Virus record (IMG/VR): IMGVR_UViG_3300037511_000250
Span: 1-36,651 of that record
Reading direction: 5' to 3' (one strand)
Origin: a virus
Taxonomy: Duplodnaviria; Caudoviricetes
DNA length: 36,651 bases
Part shown: one piece after another, positions 1-7,314 of the stretch
How the letters are laid out: each line of letters starts with the position of its first letter
Position numbering within the stretch: the first letter of the stretch is position 1
Notes under the pieces: model-generated
Databases searched by the model: none
The model's input: only the letters and a program-made list of their open reading frames with translations
What the model was told of the DNA's origin: nothing
Position numbers and translations under genes: made by a program

Positions 1-134
1 CAAGGTGGTTAAAAAGCTACCGAAAAAGTACGCAGAGGTTTTTGCATAGGCTACGCCTCCGGCGATGGATAAGTATTAATTTATCAGGCCGCAGTGCACC
101 GTCGGTTTAATAACGGGCTCAATGGCCGCAAATT
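1..134. repeat. Terminal direct repeat, left copy (circular overlap)
   Basis: 1-134 matches 36518-36651 except C127 vs T36644. Confidence 0.97.
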
Positions 135-235
135 CCTTGCCCTATTTCCCAAATTAATAGGGGTTACTATTTGCATTAAAGCTACCCGTCTTTGCCATGA
201 TACGGGATATTAAACTTAACACAGGAGATTATTAG

Positions 236-595
236 ATGAGATACAAAGTTTACAGAGAAGAGATGCCAATAAAAGATGGTGACGTTTTGATTAGACTGAT
301 TGAAATTGGTGGCGATATATATTTGGCAGTAGTCGATAGCTTCGGAAAACCAATTGAGTCGTTAATTAGGTTTGATAACGAGTATCAAGAAAATGTTTTA
401 TGCTCGCCTATCGACCAAAATTACGTTTTTGATTTGGACAATAAAAGACAAATTAAAATGATTAACGGTGAAGATTGCAAGCATTACAAAAAAAAGAAAG
501 AAGAAATGAAGTCTCACCCATTATTTAAAATGATGGAAGCTGCGGCAGAAATGGCTAAAGAAGAAAAGGCTGAAGAAACGCCTGTAGTTCATTAG
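236..595 (+). CDS. Hypothetical early protein
   Basis: 119 aa ORF with AGGAG RBS at 223-227. Confidence 0.75.
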   Translation: MRYKVYREEMPIKDGDVLIRLIEIGGDIYLAVVDSFGKPIESLIRFDNEYQENVLCSPIDQNYVFDLDNKRQIKMINGEDCKHYKKKKEEMKSHPLFKMMEAAAEMAKEEKAEETPVVH

Positions 596-632
596 TTTTT
601 AGGGATATAACTTTACATTACGGAGGTGGGAT

Positions 633-848
633 ATGCTTATTTTAACGCGAAGGATTGGTGAAACTTTAATGGTCGGTAACGATATCAGCATTACGGCTTT
701 GATGGTAAAAGGAAATCAGGTAAGGCTTGGCATAGTCGCACCTAAAGAAGTTGAAGTTCATAGAGAGGAAATTTTCAAGAGAATTCAGGCGGAGAATAAT
801 AAAAGGAATGACAATTTGATAGATGTGCTTAAGAGTATATTGAAATGA
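633..848 (+). CDS. csrA: Carbon storage regulator CsrA/RsmA RNA-binding protein
   Basis: [12 protein letters not shown]...[21 protein letters not shown] signature; GGAGGT RBS. Confidence 0.97.
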   Translation: MLILTRRIGETLMVGNDISITALMVKGNQVRLGIVAPKEVEVHREEIFKRIQAENNKRNDNLIDVLKSILK

Positions 849-1012
849 CCATCACCGACACTGACAGGATAGAATTTATTGCAAATAAATGCCATGTGAT
901 TGAGCTTGTAGGGGAAGGATTTTGTTATTTCAAAGATGATGATGTCTCTTTAAAAGAAGCCATCGACAACGCAATTCTAAAGGAGCGAGAAAATGAAGCG
1001 GATAAAAAATAA
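845..1012 (+). CDS. Small hypothetical protein (ITD..R.EF...EAID.AI paralog 1)
   Basis: Hand-translated 55 aa [12 protein letters not shown]...[12 protein letters not shown]; ATGA overlap with csrA stop. Confidence 0.75.
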   Translation: MTITDTDRIEFIANKCHVIELVGEGFCYFKDDDVSLKEAIDNAILKERENEADKK

Positions 1013-1352
1013 ACTTTCAATCGAAGATATAGAAAAGTGGCTAAACAGGCCATCAGTGCATCTTTCTCAAGATACGGGACTTAAAATCCCCACAGGAAGA
1101 AATTACATTAAATTGCTTTTATTGACCCTATGGGAAGAAAAAGAATCTTTTAGCGGAAAAAGACCTTTTGGCAACAGTGGTTGGGATTATTATATTGCCG
1201 CAAGTCTAATAGAGATATTTCCAAATTTAGGAAAGCTTAATGAAGATGGATATGTCGATGAGGTTGATGACGACTTGGTTAACGATTATGTAGCTCAAAT
1301 AATTGAATATATATTTAAGGAGCACGAAGGTGAAGGATGTAGCAACAGTTAA
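993..1352 (+). CDS. Hypothetical phage protein
   Basis: 119 aa with LLLTLWEEKESFSGKRPFGNSGW motif; AAGGAG RBS. Confidence 0.75.
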   Translation: MKRIKNKLSIEDIEKWLNRPSVHLSQDTGLKIPTGRNYIKLLLLTLWEEKESFSGKRPFGNSGWDYYIAASLIEIFPNLGKLNEDGYVDEVDDDLVNDYVAQIIEYIFKEHEGEGCSNS

Positions 1353-1548
1353 TTTTTCAGTTGATCGTGATTTTTACATTAGTCTTAAACCAAAAGAAAT
1401 GCTTGAGTTTGACGATGAAATAAAAGAAAAATTATTTAATGAACTTAAATTATTCGTTGGTTATAAATATATAAGATATCTTTCTAATCCAAGCGGTTCT
1501 GAATATATACATATTGAGCGCATGTATTTAGAAGTTGGAAAAAAATGA
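1330..1548 (+). CDS. Hypothetical protein
   Basis: ORF 1303-1548; likelier GTG start at 1330 after AAGGAG. Confidence 0.6.
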   Translation: MKDVATVNFSVDRDFYISLKPKEMLEFDDEIKEKLFNELKLFVGYKYIRYLSNPSGSEYIHIERMYLEVGKK

Positions 1549-1695
1549 TATTCGTAAGCCATGAATTAAAGTTTATTTTTTATATGTTATCGCAAAAAAA
1601 GTCTTCACAAAATATATTTGAATATGGACTGTCCTCTAGTGTTAGGAGATATTTTTTGAGAAGAGATAGAGTCCTTGAGAAATGGAAGAAAAGAC

Positions 1696-1893
1696 ATGAA
1701 CATCACTAACAAACAACGCTGGAAGTTTTTAAATAAAAACAAAAACATTTCTTTGCGATTCAACGGCAGAAGAAAAAAATTTGAATTACGGACGTCAAGC
1801 TATCGTGATAGCGATCATTTCTGGGGAGATTCATACGAGGAAGCCATAGATTCAGCAATTATGAAGGAGAAGGAAAGTGGAAATAACGGATAA
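1696..1893 (+). CDS. Small hypothetical protein (paralog 2)
   Basis: MNITNKQRWKFL...EEAIDSAIMKE. Confidence 0.75.
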   Translation: MNITNKQRWKFLNKNKNISLRFNGRRKKFELRTSSYRDSDHFWGDSYEEAIDSAIMKEKESGNNG

Positions 1894-2092
1894 GCAGCGG
1901 TGGGAGTTTTTAAAAAATAATAAACTCGGAATTAGAATAAATCCACTTGGTACAAAATGGAGTGTATATGCTCCTATTGTTCCAACTAGACCATGGCATA
2001 AAACAAGAGACTTAAAAACATTAGAAGAATACGATAGCCCACTTGAAGCTATAGACGCCGCTATTGAGGCGATGGGTGAAAAAGATGAATAG
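1877..2092 (+). CDS. Small hypothetical protein (paralog 3)
   Basis: MEITDKQRWEFL...LEAIDAAIEAM; GTG start with AGGAG/AAGGA RBS. Confidence 0.75.
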   Translation: MEITDKQRWEFLKNNKLGIRINPLGTKWSVYAPIVPTRPWHKTRDLKTLEEYDSPLEAIDAAIEAMGEKDE

Positions 2093-2240
2093 ATGCGCAA
2101 CATGTGGCTTGTTTAAAAGCTGGGAAGCTTTAATACATAGATTTAGCCCGGATACACATTATTCATCAGAAGATAATTATTTTGAATGCGTATCCTGTAT
2201 TGAAATAGAAAACCGTAAGGCGATGGAGGGGAAGGAATGA
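2085..2240 (+). CDS. Small zinc-finger-like protein
   Basis: Hand-translated 51 aa with CATC and CVSC; overlaps both neighbours. Confidence 0.6.
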   Translation: MNRCATCGLFKSWEALIHRFSPDTHYSSEDNYFECVSCIEIENRKAMEGKE

Positions 2241-2647
2241 GAGAGATTAAGTTTAGGGTTTGGGATAAAAGACTAAAGATAATGAGCTTAGTAGCTCAAT
2301 TAGATTTCAACAATCAAGTGTTAGATCACTATGGTAAATGCGAACCAGTTTACGGAGTTTCATTTGACGATGCTGAATTAATGCAATTTACTGGCCTAAA
2401 AGATAAAAATGGCGTAGAGATTTATGAGGGGGATATATTAGAAATTCAACCAATGATTATTGCGGATTTAGGCTTGGGCGCAGAATATGTTTTAGCTGAA
2501 AATTATGAGTATTTCATAACTGAAACTGTAAAATGGATTTCAGATGAAGCAAGATTTAATATTATTTCTGATTATAATTATGGTTCAATTTTTAGGATAA
2601 TTGGAAACATTTTCCAAAACCCAGAGTTATTAGAGGATAAATCATGA
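2237..2647 (+). CDS. YopX family phage protein
   Basis: MREIKFRVWD, LMQFTGLKDKNGVEIYEGDI, IIGNIFQNPELL motifs. Confidence 0.95.
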   Translation: MREIKFRVWDKRLKIMSLVAQLDFNNQVLDHYGKCEPVYGVSFDDAELMQFTGLKDKNGVEIYEGDILEIQPMIIADLGLGAEYVLAENYEYFITETVKWISDEARFNIISDYNYGSIFRIIGNIFQNPELLEDKS

Positions 2648-2886
2648 TCGCTAAATCCGGCCTTATCAAATACCTGGAGCGTGAATTTATTGAGCCTTAT
2701 GAGCAGGAAAGCAGAGAAATAACTAAAAATATCGCACTGGCTAAACTAAACGAAGATGAAGGTAGATTCATTGAGTTAACCAAGAAAAGGCTAATGATGA
2801 TTGGCTCAATAACAACAGTCAAAGAAATGATAGAAGACATCAAAGCCGGAAAGCTAGACGGCTACACTGGCGAGTTTAAGGGATAG
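2644..2886 (+). CDS. Hypothetical protein (I..G.[FL]D paralog group)
   Basis: 80 aa, ATGA coupling, ends IEDIKAGKLD. Confidence 0.7.
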   Translation: MIAKSGLIKYLEREFIEPYEQESREITKNIALAKLNEDEGRFIELTKKRLMMIGSITTVKEMIEDIKAGKLDGYTGEFKG

Positions 2887-3033
2887 TAATGCTGAAAATA
2901 TTTTATATGGTTATCGCTATATTGCTTCTATCCTTAATAAATAGCATTGATGCGAATCTTAACGATATATCAAGGTCTTTGAGTTCGATAGATGCTGACC
3001 TTTACTTGATACATCTTGATGGGAAGATCAGTC

Positions 3034-3210
3034 ATGCTTGATAAAAAACAGATTGAAAGAGCGCTTAACGCAATAATTTATGAGCATGGCACCAGAAGTG
3101 TACATGTAAGAAACGATGATTTTTATGACCTTCTTGAGTCATTAGCAGCATTTTCTCGATCTATTGAGCATGGGCATTTTGATGTCAAGGGTAGAAACAA
3201 TGCTGGATAA
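3034..3210 (+). CDS. Hypothetical protein (MLDKK...G.FDVK paralog)
   Basis: MLDKKQIERAL...IEHGHFDVKG. Confidence 0.7.
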   Translation: MLDKKQIERALNAIIYEHGTRSVHVRNDDFYDLLESLAAFSRSIEHGHFDVKGRNNAG

Positions 3211-3358
3211 AAAAGAAATGATAGATTTTTTAAACTTTCAAATAGAATATCTTGAAGGATACGATGAAGAACAAAGCATATATAAATGCTTAAAATATGA
3301 TGCAGAAGTGGGTAAATTCGACGTAAAGAAAACTAAAAAGGAGCCGAAAGATGCTTAA
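3200..3358 (+). CDS. Hypothetical protein (MLDKK...G.FDVK paralog)
   Basis: MLDKKEMIDFL...AEVGKFDVKK. Confidence 0.7.
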   Translation: MLDKKEMIDFLNFQIEYLEGYDEEQSIYKCLKYDAEVGKFDVKKTKKEPKDA

Positions 3359-3566
3359 GTACGAGATAGGGCAAGAGGTTTGGTTTATTAAAAATCGAAA
3401 AATATCATGCGGATCAGTAAAAGGTAGAGAATACCGTCAACATTTTGAGGGGGAATATACGCGCTACACAACATCAAAAACAGGAATTGATTTTATGTAT
3501 GAAGAAGATATTTTCGAGTCAAAGCAAGCCCTACTCGACCATCTAGCACAAACTGCGGAGGAGTGA
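3351..3566 (+). CDS. Hypothetical phage protein, SH3-like fold likely
   Basis: KYEIGQEVWF...EEDIFESKQALL pattern; AAGGAG RBS. Confidence 0.75.
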   Translation: MLKYEIGQEVWFIKNRKISCGSVKGREYRQHFEGEYTRYTTSKTGIDFMYEEDIFESKQALLDHLAQTAEE

Positions 3567-3568
3567 AG

Positions 3569-3736
3569 ATGAATGACAGGAAGATTGTGGATTATAAAAT
3601 TGCTAATATTTACTATGGTGGAGAAGAAATCGTAAAAAAGCTTATAGATGATGGGTATCAGCCTTACGGAGCATTAGTTATTTACAATAAAGATATTTTT
3701 CAAGTAATGGTCAAGTACGAGGAGGTTGAGGGATGA
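3569..3736 (+). CDS. DUF1737-like small protein
   Basis: Hand-translated 55 aa with VKKLIDDGYQPYG...FQVMVKYE; GGAGGAG RBS. Confidence 0.7.
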   Translation: MNDRKIVDYKIANIYYGGEEIVKKLIDDGYQPYGALVIYNKDIFQVMVKYEEVEG

Positions 3737-3915
3737 AATACGTGTTATGTAATATCTTATCTTTTATTGTTGGGGCTTTGATAAGTCAAGGCATTTGCGA
3801 TACTTACAGTATAAAAGAAATTGGACTTCATCTTTGGATTTTGTTTTTCGCCACGTCAGTTTTTTCATTGTTCTTTGGTAAAGTTATAGAGTGCTCACAT
3901 GAGGATCTTTTTTAA
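3733..3915 (+). CDS. Small two-TM membrane protein
   Basis: Two hydrophobic stretches; GGAGGT RBS. Confidence 0.65.
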   Translation: MKYVLCNILSFIVGALISQGICDTYSIKEIGLHLWILFFATSVFSLFFGKVIECSHEDLF

Positions 3916-4220
3916 TGAGCGATAAAAGTTTTATTGAGTTTTTAAAAGAAAATAAATACAGGGACATAAGGTTTATCAATGATTTTGAGTGGGTAGCAAT
4001 TACGCCTTTTCTTTTTACTCACGCCATCGTGAAAGGAAAAATAAATGATTTTTGGGGTTATGACGACAGGTGGTGCTATCACTCTTACAATTCCGCAAAA
4101 GAAGCCTTAGATAAGTGGAGTTTCGATGGTGAGCCAGAGGGGTGGCATAGACATCCCGCTTCAGGTAGGCGAAGAACAACAAAAGAAGACGGTGAGATAA
4201 TTGAGGAAATTCGAAGATAA
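3915..4220 (+). CDS. Conserved-looking hypothetical phage protein
   Basis: GYDDRWCYH...GEPEGWHRHPASGRRR motif. Confidence 0.75.
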   Translation: MSDKSFIEFLKENKYRDIRFINDFEWVAITPFLFTHAIVKGKINDFWGYDDRWCYHSYNSAKEALDKWSFDGEPEGWHRHPASGRRRTTKEDGEIIEEIRR

Positions 4221-4248
4221 TTTTTTTTTAAACTATGGGGAAATACAA

Positions 4249-4713
4249 ATGAGTAATTTAACTGAACTACAAAATGAGATAATGAAGTCAATTAATGTTG
4301 CAGCAATAAACGGCACGCTTACAAATGAGGCCGTAAGTCATTTCAAAAAAATTGTCGATGAAAGTCAAGATATGAAAGGAAGGATTGATTATCTTGAGGA
4401 AGAACTCAAAAATAAAAAAATGGAAGCAAATAAATACAAGCTAGAAAACGAAGAATTTATGCTTAGAAAACAAAGTATTGAAAAAAGAGAGGCCGATGTT
4501 TCTATACGAGAAAAGGAAATAACAAAGCTTGAATGCAGTTTAACAGGCGCCATGGACAGGGTTAAAGATCATAAAGAAATGTTTTCTGTTGTATTTAGAA
4601 ATACTGAGGTAAGACGCGATATGTTTACCGCCGTTAATGGTGGAGATAACTATGATGGGAAACGAAATGCTGGGTGGGTTAGCAGAGACGAACAGAAAGA
4701 AACAATAGAATAA
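4249..4713 (+). CDS. Coiled-coil hypothetical protein
   Basis: ATG at 4249 inside ORF 4201-4713; E/K-rich heptads. Confidence 0.75.
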   Translation: MSNLTELQNEIMKSINVAAINGTLTNEAVSHFKKIVDESQDMKGRIDYLEEELKNKKMEANKYKLENEEFMLRKQSIEKREADVSIREKEITKLECSLTGAMDRVKDHKEMFSVVFRNTEVRRDMFTAVNGGDNYDGKRNAGWVSRDEQKETIE

Positions 4714-4720
4714 AAACACC

Positions 4721-4814
4721 TCCCCCGCTTCCTAGGGGTGGCTGTGATGGGCAGCACACACTAGCGGGGGATATGCTTACTTTTAACACGGAGATGTGCG
4801 TGTGAGATGAGCAT
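4721..4814 (+). ncRNA. Two-hairpin structured intergenic RNA or leader
   Basis: TCCCCCGCT/AGCGGGGGA stem; ATGCTTA/TGAGCAT stem with inner ACACG/CGTGT and GGAGA entering the loop. Confidence 0.45.
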
Positions 4815-4862
4815 TTTAATACGTAAAATAGACAATGTAAATGACTAACAGAAGGAAATAAA

Positions 4863-5195
4863 ATGACAACCGAACTACCTTTAGTATCACCAAAAGAGGA
4901 CGATGAAAGCGATGAGTTTGTAAGCAAACTTTACTGGATAATGCTCGCCTCTGGCCTAGCGTCATGCGTCATAGGGACTTCGGCAACGATTACTATTCCC
5001 CTCATGCAAGACGACGATCATGCAAACAATAAAGCTTTCAAGATGGTATTCTCTTTGCTTCTGGTGACCGTAGGCGTTGCGCTATGTGTTCTTCCCATGG
5101 CATATGAACGTTTTGGGATATTCGGAAGCAATAAAACATCAGGGAAAGATGTAAACAAAAACGACGATGTTGTTGCTATTGAAAATAAGATGTAA
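4863..5195 (+). CDS. Two-TM membrane protein with acidic N-terminus
   Basis: 110 aa, two hydrophobic helices, AAGGA RBS. Confidence 0.7.
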   Translation: MTTELPLVSPKEDDESDEFVSKLYWIMLASGLASCVIGTSATITIPLMQDDDHANNKAFKMVFSLLLVTVGVALCVLPMAYERFGIFGSNKTSGKDVNKNDDVVAIENKM

Positions 5196-5203
5196 ACGAT
5201 TAT

Positions 5204-5254
5204 GCAGCCCGTCGAATTACCTAGCGTGATTACAAACCACGGTGGGCTGCGCCA
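5204..5254 (+). ncRNA. Mini tRNA-like RNA (acceptor-type stem, T-arm-like hairpin, GCCA)
   Basis: GCAGCCC/GGGCTGC then GCCA; CGTG-ATTACAAAC-CACG hairpin. Confidence 0.45.
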
Positions 5255-5279
5255 GCTTTAAACGAAGAGGAGAGTATTT

Positions 5280-5684
5280 ATGATTAGCCCGTGGTTGGTT
5301 TATTTTGTTAGCATCTTGGATGGGGTAAGCATTCTTTTTACTGTTTTAGGGATTATTGGCTTAATATTATCGGCAGCATTCTTCATTATTGCGGCTTACA
5401 ACAAGAGTGAGGCTGATGATTCATTTTCTGATAATCGTATTGAAAAATACGAATCTTTGTTTAGTTTTTATCATAAAATGTTTAATAGATTTTTTTATGC
5501 CTCTTTATCATTTTTAGTTATCGGAGCTATAACACCAAGCACAAATCAAATGGCCGCCGTGATTATTATTCCTGAGATAGCTAATTCTCAAGCTTCACAA
5601 GAGCTTCAGAAGTTACCAGCTGATTTAGTAAAATTAGCCGAAAAGTACGTAGAAAAACAGTTAGGATCAGAGGAAAAGAAGTAA
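5280..5684 (+). CDS. Phage membrane protein
   Basis: MISPWLVYFVSILD...TPSTNQMAAVIIIP; TM helices; GAGGAG RBS. Confidence 0.8.
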   Translation: MISPWLVYFVSILDGVSILFTVLGIIGLILSAAFFIIAAYNKSEADDSFSDNRIEKYESLFSFYHKMFNRFFYASLSFLVIGAITPSTNQMAAVIIIPEIANSQASQELQKLPADLVKLAEKYVEKQLGSEEKK

Positions 5685-5737
5685 TTACGAACCCGTGACG
5701 TAGTGTCACGGTTTGAGTTAGTAGAAATGTAGGATAT

Positions 5738-5968
5738 ATGATTGATTCCATAGAGAAACTTTTGGCATTTAAATGCTCATGCGGGTGTATTCACTTTAGT
5801 GAATTTCATGAAATTTACCCTGAACAGCTTCGACATATTAAGTGCATGAACTGCTGGAAAAAGCATGCAGTTCGGACAGAAATAAAGAATGATAAAAGAG
5901 ATGAAAGGATCCTTTCGGAATCAGCTGCTAGAATTCTTAAGGAATTTGAAAAAAATGGAATAATATAG
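5738..5968 (+). CDS. Zinc-ribbon hypothetical protein
   Basis: CSCGC and CMNC motifs. Confidence 0.65.
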   Translation: MIDSIEKLLAFKCSCGCIHFSEFHEIYPEQLRHIKCMNCWKKHAVRTEIKNDKRDERILSESAARILKEFEKNGII

Positions 5969-5979
5969 AAAAAGTTAAT

Positions 5980-6130
5980 GACATACGCGGCGACGATGAA
6001 GTCGATTATCTGGCTTAACTAGTCAGCTCTAAAGTGGATGTGCGCCTATAGAAATATAGGTTTCCTGTTGGTCAGGATGAAAAAAACTATAATTCCACCT
6101 TAAGGTAACCAATCCTTACGTATGCCGCCA
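5980..6130 (+). ncRNA. tRNA-like-ended multi-hairpin RNA
   Basis: GACATACG/CGTATGCC+GCCA closing stem (one mismatch), TAAGG/CCTTA T-arm-like hairpin, several internal stems. Confidence 0.55.
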
Positions 6131-6272
6131 TAGTGCGACACCTGCAATGCTTATGCAACGCAGAAATAGGGTTCCGAGTTATTAGGAAATTCCGAAGAGC
6201 TTGAAAAAGCGTGGTTTCTGGCGACTTAAGTTAAACGGTGTGACTTTTCCGGTTTCAGAGTAAACCGGTTTT

Positions 6273-6382
6273 GGGATTATCTTCGAGTGTTCGAGTGTAA
6301 CGCTAAGCACAAGGGAAATTTGAATCTTTAGCGCAATTGGCCGAAAGGTATCGCAAGCGTATCGCCCTTAGATATCCCACCA
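6273..6382 (+). ncRNA. Structured RNA ending in ACCA
   Basis: GGGAT(T)ATCT/AGATATCCC+ACCA; CGCTAA/TTAGCG stem; GCC-GAAA-GGT tetraloop. Confidence 0.45.
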
Positions 6383-6459
6383 TCTTGTTGACGCCAACAA
6401 AATGATAAGTAATAAATTGAGGTGCTGTTATTTTTAAATTTTAGCAGGAGAAAAGCTAC

Positions 6460-6690
6460 ATGAATAAAGGTTATGAGCTTAAAGAAAATGAAATAGAAAA
6501 TTCCATGAGAGAAGTTCTATATTTTGCTGTCGGTCAAGCAAAGCTTATGCCTAATTATGAAAACCATAACGCAATGGCTTTCGCTTTGCTTACAGGCTCA
6601 ATCGTTGTATTAATTGATAATTTTGTTAAGAATGGGGCGAATGAAGATGAATTAATGCAAACGATTGTTCGCGCAATTAGGGGCAGATAA
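6460..6690 (+). CDS. Hypothetical protein, last of the plus-strand arm
   Basis: 76 aa; AGGAG RBS. Confidence 0.7.
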   Translation: MNKGYELKENEIENSMREVLYFAVGQAKLMPNYENHNAMAFALLTGSIVVLIDNFVKNGANEDELMQTIVRAIRGR

Positions 6691-6698
6691 CTCAACAG

Positions 6699-6715
6699 GG
6701 GTACAGTTTGTACCC
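6699..6715. terminator. Hairpin between convergent arms
   Basis: GGGTACA-GTT-TGTACCC between stops at 6690 (+) and 6715 (-); no clear U tract. Confidence 0.4.
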
Positions 6716-7314
6716 TAGCTCAAAATAATGCCGCAAATAGGGTCTATCTGTGGGCATTTTGAGAAATCTCCTGGCGTTACATATCCGCAACTAGTAGGCA
6801 TGTAAATACCAACAGATTTAAAACATTCGTAAACATATTCTGAGCATATGTAATCATCGTCAGGCTCAGGAAGATTGCAGTAATTCCTTCTAACGCCTGT
6901 CGCTATTCGATAACCAATCCTAAATATCTCGCTCTTATCATAGCTGTGCCCCAAAAGATCAAAAGCTTTTTTTGAGAGTTCTTTTATCTTTTCTTTTCTA
7001 AAATCACGGTGCCTGGCTATAAGCAGTTTTCCGTCATATGGCTTTCTTGAGCCGTTGTAATTTGATACGTATGACGAAAGCGTTATCATCCTAACCCCGA
7101 TGTCTTCTACGCTTTCCATTACCATAATTCTGTCTACATCATCATGCCTTAATACAAAAGCAACATGCGACCAAATACTATCCGTAGCTTTTTGAATTGC
7201 TCTTGAGAAATCCCCATTTCCTGAGCACAGCAAAATGTCACCGGACTTTATTTCATTGCGCGCCTGGTCATAGGTGAGGTCTATGATGTCTGGGTATTCG
7301 CTCATGACGGACAT
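6715..7314 (-). CDS. Permuted papain-like amidase (YiiX/YebB, C92, permuted NlpC/P60)
   Basis: IKSGDILL, WSHVA (His), G.SYD, YICSEYV (Cys), VTPGDF in permuted order. Confidence 0.9.
   Translation of the reverse strand: MSVMSEYPDIIDLTYDQARNEIKSGDILLCSGNGDFSRAIQKATDSIWSHVAFVLRHDDVDRIMVMESVEDIGVRMITLSSYVSNYNGSRKPYDGKLLIARHRDFRKEKIKELSKKAFDLLGHSYDKSEIFRIGYRIATGVRRNYCNLPEPDDDYICSEYVYECFKSVGIYMPTSCGYVTPGDFSKCPQIDPICGIILS

Noticed and set aside
1-134. Biological terminal repeat of the virion DNA
   Set aside because: It begins mid-gene in the early arm, far from terS; an assembly overlap of a circularly permuted genome is more likely. Needs reads to settle
1852-4927. Minus-strand ORFs 1852-2103, 4085-4291, 4679-4927 (also 34736, 35676, 36233)
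   Set aside because: Antisense shadows of a tightly coupled plus-strand operon
5980-6382. Canonical tRNA genes
   Set aside because: No GTTCRA T-loop and no standard D or anticodon arms; lengths are wrong. Kept only as tRNA-like RNAs
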